Positions 22,373 through 35,797 of a DNA stretch of 64,000 bases are shown one piece after another. The notes under the pieces were generated by a model that saw nothing but the letters and a program-made list of their open reading frames with translations, was not told the origin of the DNA and searched no databases. Numbering within the stretch: the stretch's first letter is position 1; every line of letters begins with the position of its first letter. The DNA is from an uncultured Nitrososphaerales archaeon. GTDB taxonomy: Archaea; Thermoproteota; Nitrososphaeria; Nitrososphaerales; Nitrososphaeraceae. Position numbers and translations under genes: made by a program. The stretch is from positions 36,498 through 100,497 of the forward strand of contig CAVQMO010000002.1 of NCBI GenBank assembly GCA_963713605.1, read 5' to 3'.

Positions 22373-22445
22373 AAGATAGATCGTTCTGACAAGAAACAAA
22401 TTTTTCTTAAAATTTCAGACGATTCATTAAAAGAATTTTGAGTTT
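22373..22445 (+). pseudogene. C-terminal remnant of the 15101/27168 family
   Basis: KIDRSDKKQIFLKISDDSLKEF versus KVDHYSDKQVYISIPENSLKEFEM. Confidence 0.5.
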
Positions 22446-22564
22446 TAAATGCTTCAAAGATTAATGAGAATCCAAATCAAAAAGTAAAAAGCAACTTGTA
22501 ACCGACTAACAATTTAGTGGCCGCAAGCTACGATGGCCAATGATCGATATCTGTTTGGACCTTT

Positions 22565-24143
<1,579 letters not shown>

Positions 24144-24432
24144 TTTCTGATTAGCAATTATCATCCTGCTCACAATTATAATATTGAGAGGAAAAAAGGC
24201 GAGAAGCTAATTGTCAAAAATATAACTTGCAGCTGAACCATTTGTTAAATTTATTTTATATAGCGCATCATGTTCACTACTACTTTATACTATCCAAATA
24301 TGAGCAAGGTCATTTCTAGTATGACTTTCTGCAGCTTAGAACACAGAATTAGATTTCTATATTTATGAGCCTATTTTGTATCTATTAATATATATATATT
24401 AATGATTATTATATATACAAGGATACCAGATA

Positions 24433-25954
24433 GTGCAAACATTTAAAATTAAAAATAGTCTAGTAATTGTGGCCTTTGGACTGTTATTATCAGCATCATC
24501 TTTGGCTCCAACCATAGTTAGTAATCCTCTTACTAAAATACAACCAATATTGGCACAGTCAAAGAGCCAATTTTCTATGGCTAGTAACGATACAGTTGAG
24601 GCACAGAATAGTACTCAGGAACATCTTCCAAAACAGGAAGGCTTCTCGGTAAGCGTGCTCGCGACAAATCTTAGCCAGCCGTACAATATCCTCTACGGTC
24701 CTGATGACGCTCTATGGATCACGGAGCGCGTCGCGAAAAACATCACACGAGTCGATCCTAACAACGGATCAAAACTCAACAGCATGCCAGTCCCTAATGT
24801 CCACCAGTCAGCAGGCCAAGACGGCCTCATGGGTATGGCATTCGACCCCGACTTTAACAATACACATCACATCTATGTAGCCTATACCTACGACGCGAAT
24901 CCTGGAGAGGAGTTTGACCGCCGCACCAAAATCACTCGCTTCACATACGATCCGGCCGCCGGTACGATCGGCGAGCCAGCGGATCTAATCAATGGTCTCT
25001 CCGGTAGCACCCACCACAACTCCGGCCGCATGACATTCGGTCTCGATGGTAAGCTGTACTACTCGATTGGCGACCAGGGAAAAAACTATCTTAGGGTACT
25101 ACTGCTTAAGCAACCAGGCCCAGAAACTCCCAACGGCTGAGCAGGTTGCAGCCCAGAATTGGAAAGCGTATGAAGGTAAGGTGTTACGAATGAATTCGGA
25201 TGGCTCTATTCCCACCGACAATCCAACGATCAATGGTGTCCAAAGCCACGTCTTTACATACGGTCATCTCAACGCACAGGGAATTACTGCGGGTCCTAAT
25301 GGCAATCTCTACGTCGCAGAGCATGGCGATAAGTCCGATGATGAGCTCAATCGCCTACAATCTGGAGGCAACTATGGCTGGCCTAATATCGCGGGCTATC
25401 AGGATGATCAAGCATACCAATACGTCAACTGGTCCGGGGCTGAGAACTGCAAGAGCCTAAAATTTAGCAACACTGCACCCCCTCCGCCTGATGTGCCAGT
25501 GATGAAAGAAAGTGAGTTTGAAGCTCAAGACTTTGTGCCGCCTCTTCATACGTTCAATACAGTTGTATATGATTATAATTTCACTGACCCCGCGTGCAAG
25601 GACCTACCTTACATCTGTAACCCCACGGTTGCGCCATCCAGTTTGCGTCTTTACACATCAAATGCCATCCCTGGCTGGGAGAACACATTTCTAATGACGA
25701 CCTTGAAGGCGGGCAAGATCTTTCAACTGGGGCTAAATGAGGATGGTACAGCGCTTACGAGCGACCCAGCGGAGCTCTTCCGTTCTGAGAATCGCTATCG
25801 CGACATTGCATTCAGCCCGGATGGCCGCACTATCTATGTAATCACCGATACATCTGGCCCAGCTCAGGCCATCGATGGGGGTGTAACTAATGACTTATGG
25901 AACCCTGGTTTTCTTCTCGTATTCAGATACCAAGGCAATATGACTGACCAATAA
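24433..25954 (+). CDS. Secreted PQQ-dependent glucose/sorbosone dehydrogenase (s-GDH type); 1-nt frameshift at about 25093
   Basis: Signal peptide; GQDGLMGMAFDPDF, HNSGRM.FG.DGKLY, EHGDKSDDELN, GGNYGWP, NRYRDIAFSPDG. Confidence 0.9.
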
Positions 25955-26293
25955 TTCTAAAGCTCCCGGCTGCATGACCGCCAGATCTAAACCAAAACCA
26001 ACTTTTCAGGAATTCCTAACTGATACTAAAACTAGGAAAGATAATTTGGAAAGATCGTAAGGATAAACCCCTTTTTTTATAATATGTTTCTGCAAAAAGC
26101 TTGTCTAATGAATTTATTACTGAGAGCATCAACAAAAGTAGTTGAGCTACAGAGGTAGCTATTGGACAATATAACACTTATATGATTGTCTATCTATGTT
26201 GTTACAAGGTTCCAAACCTTAGGAACATGGCGCAATTAAGATAATACGAATTGAGTCGCCAATCAACCAGATTTTACGCACTGCTTCTTTGTT

Positions 26294-26848
26294 CTATTTA
26301 CCGCTCTCAAAACGCTGATGACGTACGAGGTCATCTTGATTTTGAAAATTCTTTCCGCACAAACTACATGTAAAGACAGTCATAGCAGTCGGAGTTACCT
26401 CTGGATAATCCTTCCTTTCTTCGCTTGGATTTACCGCCTCTGTTTCTTTTGTGCTCTTGTAAGGCGTAGTCTCGCGTATTCGAACATCTGGGTGTTCTCG
26501 TTTCTGATCACTAATCTGGTTTTCGAGTCTCTTTTCTGGAATATTCTGTTCTATTGACTTCCTAATATGATAGAGATCATTGTACTGAATATAACCATCC
26601 AAGCTCTCAAATAATGACATTGTATCCTCGTCAATATTTTTATTTTTTAAATAGCGTACTATATCGCTTTTGTAGGCAGGGAATTTCATCGATTTAATGC
26701 TTTCTAATGCATTACTAAGGAAATTTTCATCTTTGATGGCTCTTTCTACAGCACGATTTATTGACGCAGTATCATACACTGGTTTATGCCTAGAAGTTCC
26801 GATTATACCGTCGTTTGCTTTTTCATTACTAATATCAAGTGACTTCAT
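26294..26848 (-). CDS. DUF2795-like domain protein with C-terminal C2H2-type Zn finger
   Basis: MKFPAYKSDIVRYL..FESL helical motif; FTCSLCGKNFQNQDDLVRHQRFE. Confidence 0.75.
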   Translation of the reverse strand: MKSLDISNEKANDGIIGTSRHKPVYDTASINRAVERAIKDENFLSNALESIKSMKFPAYKSDIVRYLKNKNIDEDTMSLFESLDGYIQYNDLYHIRKSIEQNIPEKRLENQISDQKREHPDVRIRETTPYKSTKETEAVNPSEERKDYPEVTPTAMTVFTCSLCGKNFQNQDDLVRHQRFESGK

Positions 26849-27167
26849 TCTGTTGCAATATCTAATGAAGACTATTGCATATATCAATTTCATACGAATA
26901 AATCAAACCTGTCATTCGGCTTCTTTTACTCGGTTATCCAAACCAGCCTCCAGCAACTACCCTCAGATAGAAGTTGTAGACCATTGGTCAGTTTTAAGTA
27001 GATAGGAAGGCGGCTAGAAATGAAGATTTAGGCGAACTAACGACTAGCCGGAATTGGCCGCCATCCCTATCTGATATGAAGCACTTCTATCATAAAATGC
27101 ACGTAAGCCGTAGTTATATTGGCTTCCATGTACCAATTATTATATACTTTCTTGAGTAAATTTTTTT

Positions 27168-27449
27168 ATGGCTAGTAAGGACACCACACACATCAGTAAT
27201 AAAAATGCACAACCAGTTCATAACACCCTTGATTCAGATTATTATGCATGTCATCGAATTCCAGTCATAGTTCAGGGAAGGGAAGTTGGAAAGGTCTTTG
27301 CAGATGTGAAAGACAACCTGGTTATAATTGCCGGTGAGAATAAGAAGGAACATGAATATTTAATTCCGAAGTCAAAAGTAAGCCATTATAGTGATAATAA
27401 AATTTATCTTAATATCTTGAACAATTCACTGAAGGAATTTGAGGTCTAG
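27168..27449 (+). CDS. Small beta-rich (PRC-barrel-like) protein, paralogue of 15101-15355
   Basis: GREVGKV...EHEYLIPKSKVSHYSDNKIYLNILNNSLKEFEV. Confidence 0.7.
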   Translation: MASKDTTHISNKNAQPVHNTLDSDYYACHRIPVIVQGREVGKVFADVKDNLVIIAGENKKEHEYLIPKSKVSHYSDNKIYLNILNNSLKEFEV

Positions 27450-27504
27450 ATTATAATTTTCAAATCCGTATGCAGACCAATTGAATCGTCCTCTGCTGAT
27501 TTAA

Positions 27505-27717
27505 CTAATAATATTCAGATACCCGTAACAATTCATCAAATGCCCACTTATTAACTTGAATACTGGTAGGAGGGGTATAGCCAGCTTGTTTAAATGAACT
27601 AATTAATGAAGTTACTGCATCTAAAAGGATGCTTGCGTCCTTTAAAACGAAATTTTCTTCATTTAGCCCTCTTTTTTCTGATGACATTTTGTAGCTCTGA
27701 TAATTGAGAGTCTTCAT
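27505..27717 (-). CDS. Hypothetical protein
   Basis: 70 aa ORF, no motif. Confidence 0.4.
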   Translation of the reverse strand: MKTLNYQSYKMSSEKRGLNEENFVLKDASILLDAVTSLISSFKQAGYTPPTSIQVNKWAFDELLRVSEYY

Positions 27718-27959
27718 TAGATTTATTAGTTATAGCTTTGTTCTGTTTTTCGAGTCTTGTGGGATAGTAATCAATTGCGAAGAAATTTGATTCAACTCTA
27801 CGCGTCCCGCATTAGGCGCATTTAGGATTCTTTGTCACCCATCAATTTTTACTAGAGAAATCGAGACTTGGGAAAGCTATCGATATTAAAAATCAACAAC
27901 TAGAACGAATGGGTAAATAATGCCTGCTGCTCGTCAAAAAAAGAGAAGTTTACAGTCGG

Positions 27960-28169
27960 TCACTTTGCAACCGCAACCGCACATGTTGAACTGGCGCAAG
28001 CGAGAGCTTTAGCAAAATTGCCAAATGCAACCGCTATTGCGCATGCAGGATTCATACCACAACCAGCTTTGGCAACGGCTGCGTAGGCATTAGTAGTTGT
28101 AGCCTGTACCATTAAAGTTGTGGCTGTTAACACTACCAGGACGGCGGCGACTATAAATTTTATGTGCAT
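27960..28169 (-). CDS. Small secreted Ala/Cys-rich peptide
   Basis: Signal peptide ending NAYA; 39 aa mature part with 4 Cys. Confidence 0.65.
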   Translation of the reverse strand: MHIKFIVAAVLVVLTATTLMVQATTTNAYAAVAKAGCGMNPACAIAVAFGNFAKALACASSTCAVAVAK

Positions 28170-28443
28170 TAAAATTGACTAAGCCAGGAGACTATTAGGG
28201 ATGTTGGTCAAAATGAATTGACCTATAGATAGCAGAATTTTGGCACTATTGGTGACTTTTGTCGAATTTGGGCGAACTCCTGTAACCATTTGGAAGTGGA
28301 TACAATAGGAGCCATAAGCATGGTACAGCCGACATCTGCATAGATAGCTAGAGCACCTCTATAGTACTAGTTTCTCCTAGAGTAACTGAGTATTTTAGAT
28401 TCCTAACAAAAAAATAAAAATTAAAAAGAGTGTCCACCTATCC

Positions 28444-28800
28444 CTATTCGAAGGTTGCAGTATTTGATGAGTCTTGTTTGCTACTAGAGTCGTCTTCTAC
28501 GTCTTCTGAATGTTGACTGTTGCTCTGATCTACATCATTGTCCGACGAACCTGAGATATCTACGTTGTTGCTAGCCTCATGTGAGGATTCCGAGTCATCT
28601 GATACGTTCTCGTTGCTCTGATCATTGTCTTGATCAACTTCATTGTTTTCAGATGGTATTGCCTCACCCGTTTCAGGGTCTTCTGAACTTTCAATGTTAG
28701 CATTATTGGCAGCTTTATTGGTAGCTGTGGAATCATCTTCTGTCTTGTCATTACTCTGATCATTGTCTTGATCAACTTCATTTTCAGCGGCGGGTGCGAA
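28444..28800 (-). pseudogene. Acidic Asn/Asp/Ser-rich repeat protein fragment
   Basis: NEVDQDNDQSN twice plus NDVDQSNSQ; ORF upstream of about 28800 looks unrelated and has no signal peptide. Confidence 0.55.
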
Positions 28801-29061
28801 CCTAGGCCGTAGATATTCTCTAAGCTCACATACATACACTAAAGCACGCTCTTCGGCATCGTAAATTATGTCCATAAAGTATATAATTATTATGTTACAA
28901 CTATTCTCATCATGCAACTGATATCTAACAACTATTCTCATCATACTAGTACGTAATGAGATCTGTAAATTCAGTGTAGAATACAGCAAAGCACCGATTC
29001 AGTCAAGACCAATACATTAGTTATATATCATGATACATAGTCTTCTATTAGATTTCAATGA

Positions 29062-29307
29062 GTGGTGACGAGCAAGAGTACTGGAAGTTCTGGAACACCA
29101 ACTAGCAATAGTTTCTCGAAACCTGTAGAAGTAGCCAAAGAATATACAGTAGATATAATTGGGACAGGTAAGTCGGGAGATGGTATCGCAAGAATCCACG
29201 GTTTTGTAATTTTTGTAAAAAACGTAAAATCTGGGGATAAAAACATAAAGATTAAGATTGATTCTGTGGGAAATAGATTTGCTAGAGCAGATGTAGTTTC
29301 TAAATAG
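29062..29307 (+). CDS. Single TRAM-domain RNA-binding protein
   Basis: KPVEVAKEYTVDI..G..GDGIARIHGFVIFVKN..GD..KIKIDSVGNRFARA. Confidence 0.9.
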   Translation: MVTSKSTGSSGTPTSNSFSKPVEVAKEYTVDIIGTGKSGDGIARIHGFVIFVKNVKSGDKNIKIKIDSVGNRFARADVVSK

Positions 29308-29331
29308 AATGTTGATTAAGATTTTGTATAA

Positions 29332-29620
29332 ATGAGTCAACCACAACAGCAACAATCGCTAGAACAGTCAACACCACCACCAGCAGAAGGCCAATTGCGT
29401 TCTTTTAGGCTTGATTCATGCGACTATGAGCCCCCCCGAAGAATCTCTGATTGTACGATAAAACTTGACGCGATTGTACAAGTGGCAGATTCGATTACGA
29501 TCCCCTCATTAGAGATCGGAGTATCGCTTAACCACTAAAGGGCAGGAGCTCGCGGTATATACCCTCTTTCAATGGCTCAAGAAATGGTCATCGTCAGATT
29601 CGTCTTTACAAAGTTAATCT
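29332..29620 (+). pseudogene. Probable HxlR-family regulator remnant
   Basis: Alternate frame reads EYRLTTKGQELA..LFQWLKKW, an HxlR-type C-terminal motif. Confidence 0.5.
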
Positions 29621-30396
29621 CTTCGCATAGAACTGCAGTAGAATATGGTGACGGAATCTTGGATAAGGACGCAGCTTCACATGATGATCTGCTTGCCTTC
29701 AGAATGTTATTACAATTTTGGCACTGAATTTTCAACCATAAGGGTATCTATTTATATTTCTTGACTATAATCTGGCATCGCAATGAAAAAGACATACTTG
29801 TGGGATTAATGTTAGTGGCGATGGCTGCCTCGGTGACTGTTGTACTAGAATCATCCACAATAGGCAGCATCATTCGCAAGCAGTGGTAGCGACCCACGTA
29901 ACGAGAGAGCATGCGACAATGTAGTTCGGAACGAAGGTGAGCAGAATGAGAGAACAGAACCACCGGACCGCGTTTTCCACGGCCATGAAATGCCTGATGC
30001 ACAGAGTCATGGTGCAGACAAGGCAAGGGATGGAGCCGAAAAAGCAATGGGAGACTGTTTGAACTAGTTCCCTTCACAATCTTTATATCTTTTTCAGTAA
30101 AGCCTTTGACTACAAGCCACTCTTGGAGATTAGCCTTCTGTATCAATCAGGCATGTCCTTTTTAAATTCATTCGTCCGTTTCTTGAGTCCAGTCCACCAG
30201 GTATCGAATCTAGTTTTAGCCTTACTGTCGACGTGAGTCCGTTGAACGTCAAACGTCAATGGAACAGCGACGGTATTATACAAACTGGCTCCAATTGCAG
30301 AGTTTGATAACGAGACAGAGGCATTAGAGGTAATCGGAAACAAAAGGAACGGATGAGATTTAACGGATTCCGTCTATGCACTAGTTTTTAGGATCT

Positions 30397-30675
30397 TTGA
30401 CTATTATTATAACAAAAGAACAATCCATACCACCGGGAGGACCAACCTTTGCAAGAGCCCAATGTGGCCCAGACGAAGTTGTGACTGGAGGAGGAATTCG
30501 AGTCGAAGGTGCAGGCAATATGATTAATCCCACTGATCCTTTTTCCGCCGAAGCCAATACACAACCAAATGAATGGGTCCATTCATACACTAATCCTGGT
30601 CCAAATAACGCCGCGATAGAAGCATATGCTGAGTGTGCGTGCAAAACTAGTGGACGTGCCATAGGAGAACACTAA
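30397..30675 (+). pseudogene. Orphan C-terminal domain of a secreted protein
   Basis: AQCGPDEVVTGGG...W...AYAECA motif; no signal peptide. Confidence 0.55.
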
Positions 30676-31396
30676 TTGACTGATAAAATATTTGCCGCTC
30701 ACTTGCGACGTAAGAATAATAAACCGTCACCATTAATCGATGAGTGCAAACTGGCTAAGCAGGCTTTGTTAAGATATATAGAGTTACTCTGGCGTTTGTG
30801 TTTCCTCACCTTGCGCCACTATACCTATCTTTTTATCTCGTAGTTTCATTATTTTTGACTATTCATGATATCTAATTATACGGCATTAAATGGCAAATGT
30901 TACGTCAGGCGGTAGTAACTAAAGGAAAGACGAAGGAAATTGACTATGAATTACTGGATTCAATGTTGGAAAATATTAAGACAGGCGCCGAAAATCAACG
31001 TAATAACTAACAAAAACTGAAAGGTGGCACGGAACCAAGGACCTAAACCAAGTAAACGTGGACCCTAGCAAAGGAAAAGTTGAAAGAAAGATTATGTATA
31101 AATGAAAACACTTGCCAACTGGGCGCATCGGAATACTACCCCTGAGGCATCCAATCCAACAAATCAATTGGCAGCACACCTTAGTTACAAAGGGTATTCA
31201 AGCACTGAAATTTGATGAGCAATAACTAATCTGATAATAACAATCAGTCAGTTATTGTTTGCCTTTTGCCTTTTGCCTTTCGCCTAAGTAAGGCTACTTT
31301 GTTTGTTACCACTTAGAGGTCTGGTTCCTTAACTGAAGAATCAAAACAAAAAAAGAAATGAAGTCAGTTTCAGTATTTCAGAAACTCTATTTGTTG

Positions 31397-31666
31397 CTAC
31401 TTATGCCCGTTACCGTCGTCGCCTATTGATGGGAATGTTTGATCTGCTGCTAACGATACACCATTCTCATCACCTTGAATCTGAGATGCAGTATTTTGAC
31501 ATCCAATGTTCAATGGTAGTTCACCATTTCCACAAGCATTTGCTTGTGAGAGTGCTTGGTTCTTACCCTTGTATTTTGTTGCATATGCGCTGTCGGTTGT
31601 TATTACTGCTGTTCCCACTAATGTTGCTGCTATTACCGCTACTATTGCGATATATTTGAAATTCAT
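31397..31666 (-). CDS. Small secreted protein
   Basis: Signal peptide ending SAYA; NACGNG..PLNIGCQN. Confidence 0.75.
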   Translation of the reverse strand: MNFKYIAIVAVIAATLVGTAVITTDSAYATKYKGKNQALSQANACGNGELPLNIGCQNTASQIQGDENGVSLAADQTFPSIGDDGNGHK

Positions 31667-32790
31667 GTTTCTACTAGGTGGTTAACATGCTATACTTATG
31701 TGAATTAAGCAAAATCAGGCGATTACATAATCTGATATTTATTCTATTAAAATGACATCAAGACAAACAGGCCAGTCACTGGACATACTAGGGTAAAGAG
31801 TACTGTACCGATTAATAATGAATCAGAAATTTATTAAACCGTTCGAAGCAGTCAGGTTTATCATTCTCTGATGAACTGCTTGGACTAATGCTGGCCCATT
31901 ACAAAGAAGTGTTGGAGTACCAGAATGGCTATGTCGCAATCAATTCTAGATTCAGCGAACTAATCACTTCTTATCCATGGTAATTACAACATACATTAAG
32001 ACCTTGTAACTTATCCCAATTTATCACATTACAAGACTTTAGAGAGTGACGGAATAATAAAGAATGATAGAGTGGTTAACAAGTATGGATCTTTTATAAT
32101 TTTAGTGCCCTAATCACAGTGAATAGTTCAGAACCGATATTCCGATGGACATGACGGAAGATGTGCTATGGGCGTTATAATGTCTTATTTTGGTTGGGCT
32201 GGCACAACGATCGAGTGCGTATTTACTATTGATGTTTATGAGTCAGAGTTATCACATGTTCACTATTTTGGTAATTCTCGAGACTGATTCTTTTACAGCT
32301 TTAGATTGGATAGAATTTGAATAAACTGATTCGATCCGAACAGGAAATATTTTCATATATTCTTAATGCTATTGACACCGACGGATCAACTATAAATGAA
32401 ATTCTGTTCAAAACATATTTTTCATACCAGCCCCTGAAAAAATGCTTGGATTTTTGGTGAACCTTCAGCTCGTTGTCTATAGCAAAGTTATTACTAGCAT
32501 GCTTAAGAGACACTCTCAATGCTCTGGTCCTAGTTCTTCGAGTTGCCAATGTAACTGTCATCCTGCAAACGGGTAGTGACTGCCATGCCTTGCACACACA
32601 ATGTAACTCATAGGATTATGTCTTTCTTCTGCCGTAGCTTTTACCCTAGCCCGCATTATGATATATCTCCTAGTTTAGCTCGCTGATATCCAGTAGCATC
32701 TTTAACTTGATACATACACAAGCATAAGCATAAGTATACCATTGATAACTACAAAAAACTTTTATAGACTATAAAAGTGATCAGTGACAA

Positions 32791-33207
32791 ATGCCGGCAG
32801 ACGACACAGCAGAATTACTTAACGTGCCAGCAGTAACAGCACCTAAAAAAGAATGGGAATCATACATACATGGCCTTAGTCCTAAGGAAGCAGAAGCACT
32901 TTACATCAAACTTAGGAATATCACTTACATATCAGATGAATTAAGGACACTGATACAAGATATGGTTAATGAAGTAGATATAGCGTATCATAAGGCAGCA
33001 GTTTGTATTAATATATTCCATGATGTGGTAAAGAAAGGAGGTTATCCAGAAGATAAAGTATTAGAAATATTAAAGAAACATCTGGAAGGAAGACAATATA
33101 TAGATCATCAACATATGGATAGAATTTGGGAATATGGCCTAGAACGAAAAAGTAAGAAACGAAACGAGGGTACTAGAAAACCAAGAAAAAAGCAACGTAC
33201 TAAATGA
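32791..33207 (+). CDS. Hypothetical protein with basic C-terminus
   Basis: 138 aa ORF with tttata upstream. Confidence 0.65.
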   Translation: MPADDTAELLNVPAVTAPKKEWESYIHGLSPKEAEALYIKLRNITYISDELRTLIQDMVNEVDIAYHKAAVCINIFHDVVKKGGYPEDKVLEILKKHLEGRQYIDHQHMDRIWEYGLERKSKKRNEGTRKPRKKQRTK

Positions 33208-33289
33208 TACCTAGCCCACCCCGTCCGCTTTTATCTATCCATCATTTCACAGTAAGACTTAATGATATTATATCTAAAGTTATAGGATA

Positions 33290-33441
33290 GGCAAGTAGAT
33301 AGGTACAAACAACCTACTTGCCGAGTTGTATGAGAGTAGTCCAGTTACGGACATTTCATAATAAATCATAATATTTTTTAAGATAGGTAAGGGGTTAGTA
33401 AGGGTAAGTGGATGCGGACAACACAAACACCCTTACCTATC
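33290..33441. repeat. Two adjacent inverted repeats
   Basis: ggcaagtag (33290-33298)/ctacttgcc (33314-33322); gataggtaaggg (33382-33393)/cccttacctatc (33430-33441). Confidence 0.7.
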
Positions 33442-33661
33442 CTGTGCAGGTGTCCATTGAATTTGGTGTCTTAAAATTAACAAAACCATTTTAAAAATTT
33501 AGTAGGTAAAATTTTGAAAATAAGAAAGTGAAGGGTCGTTGATTTTGCAGGTTATGAGATTGCCTCAGTTGGTATGGTTGCTGGGGGATGCGTTCAGATA
33601 AGTTAAAAGTAAAAAAAGTTATTCTTCAGGTGGATATACACGAACTTCTGTCAATACGCCA

Positions 33662-35378
33662 TTGCGTTTAATGCGTATATCATTATCATCGTCTACTTTG
33701 GTGCATCTCTTATTATTGGATTATAAAATAAGTGATATGTCTGGCGACTTTATTGCTCGTAAAATAAATGAGTATAGTGGAACATCGATTATGTTTGAAG
33801 TAGAATCGGATGAGAATTTTATTTCTTACTTCAAAGAGAACAAGCCAGACATTGCTATCATCTATAGCGATAAGCAACTCGCCCATAGCACCCTCAATTT
33901 ACTGGAAGATATCATTAACCAATATTCCAATCAAACTGTAGTAATGTACGCTCGAGACTCGATTGAAGATATTTCTCTTGCTGAATTAATTGAGAAAGCT
34001 CGGTTTAGTTATCTACCTCTAAAACTTGCTTCTAAATATGGAATGCTAAGACTTATCGATAGCAGGATTACGTATGAGTTACTTAAGAGAGATTTTGTTA
34101 TCCCAAAGAAGAAATCAATATCAAAACATCATGAACAAATTCGAACGCTAGAAGACGTTCTGGATATGGATAAAGCAGGAATGATTGTCTCTCCAGAAAT
34201 AGGTTTACATGAGAATGTCGCCGTACTTGATTTTAACGATGAGTACGCTAACATAATTACAAGACATAACATTAGCTATGAGAATCAGTCTAGTGGTTAT
34301 ACGAAAAATAGCTCTATGGAAGATACCAGTACAGCTTTACTTCCATCTATCGTACAAGAACTTGTCGCAACACGTGTTTACTTAATGCAACTTCTAAAGA
34401 CCCAACAACCAGACAATCTTTTGTACTCCAACATTGAAGCTCGACTAGATATACTAAAGCAGATTCTTGTTTGTCTATATGGCACGTCCGGATCGATATG
34501 GAATAGATATTCCAATGTACGAGTCTTTGAAGAGATAAACAAACTTTCAAGACAGATATTACTCAAGACAAAAGATATTGTGCAGAGAGCTGGCTTTGAG
34601 CTGATTTATGCAGATACAGATGCAGTTTTTTTGAAGAAAAAAGATGCTACAAAAGAAGATTACGAAGAGATAAAGAATGTAATAGCTAGAGAGACCGGTC
34701 TAGATTTGACTTTAGAATTTCATTACAAATTTTTGGTATTGTTATACATAGAAGCGGATGAGAAGTTAGAAGCTCGCAAACATTACTATGGAATCACATA
34801 TGATAATCAGATAATTACAAGAGGTATAGATACTAGAAGACATGATTCACCAACGTTCATAAAAGAGTTTCAGAAAACTTTGTTATCTAGGCTATTTAAT
34901 TGTGTTAGCTATGAAGACGTTCTAACTAATGGTTATCGAAATGCATTATTGTATATCACCCAAACTATCGATAAGCTCATGAATGGAGAAGTACAAATAA
35001 CAGATCTAGTTATCTCCAAGTTACTACGACAGAATATCGAGAAGTATAGAAGTCTATTCCCGCATGTCACAGCAGACTATTAGACTAAATGTTTCTGGAG
35101 TGATTGCGAGTCGTGGAGATAGTATCCAGTATGTCCATACAGACTCAAGTCACGCTGATCCATTGCAAAGAATAACTCCAGCTAAACTCATATCGACTGA
35201 AAACTATGATCGAGAAAAATATCTAGAAATGCTTTTAGATTCAGCAGAAGCAGTTTTAGCTGTTTTTGGATTTAGTCGGTCTTTATTTGGATTCGACAAA
35301 AAGAAAAGCTATCATTGGTGGAATGAGATATACCAACAACGTGATATAGACATCGAATCAGCGAAAACCGAATTATAA
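33662..35378 (+). CDS. polB: Family B DNA polymerase, PolB2-like, N-terminally truncated/chimeric; 1-nt frameshift at about 35077
   Basis: Motif A variant DFNDEYANII, motif B KQILVCLYG, motif C YADTDAVF, KHYYG, RGIDTRRHD; second ORF supplies GDSIQYV and YDREKY. Confidence 0.85.
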
Positions 35379-35521
35379 AATAGGCATGTATCCGTTGGCG
35401 AGACTTTCATATCAGTCGGTTAGCCAAGAGTCTGAATAAACTGAACAACCATTATCAACTCTTATTTTTGAGATTTCAGATCGATGTGTTTAATATTCAC
35501 AGCAATCTTATTACTAATACA

Positions 35522-35797
35522 ATGGGTGATCCTCTGCCCCGATGTAATCAATGTAATTCGCCCGTTACAGATTCTATAGAAGTTGAAATAGAAAATCATG
35601 GAAGAGTAAAATTTGGTAAATATACAAGCGGTTCATGGATATGCAATGATTGTATAGCAAAAAGATCTAGAGAGACCAACTCAACAATCCAGGATGATAG
35701 CAGCAATATCACACATCATGAACACATTACATCTGCAAATAAATCTGACGTATCTCCCAATACTCCACCTGCGGACGAATCCCGAGAGATAATTTAG
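35522..35797 (+). CDS. Small Zn-finger protein
   Basis: CNQC...WICNDC and disordered tail. Confidence 0.6.
   Translation: MGDPLPRCNQCNSPVTDSIEVEIENHGRVKFGKYTSGSWICNDCIAKRSRETNSTIQDDSSNITHHEHITSANKSDVSPNTPPADESREII

Noticed and set aside
24384..24403. Palindrome attaatatatatatattaat upstream of the GDH gene
   Set aside because: Pure AT microsatellite/TATA region, not specific
27000..27072. Imperfect hairpin agataggaaggcggc/gccgccatccctatct
   Set aside because: Single copy, no recognisable RNA family; too weak to call
31257..31285. (TTTGCCT)n short tandem repeat
   Set aside because: Simple slippage repeat with no linked feature
33662..35378. Casposon or protein-primed polymerase element
   Set aside because: No cas1, no terminal inverted repeats seen, and the motifs fit PolB2 better than protein-primed PolB
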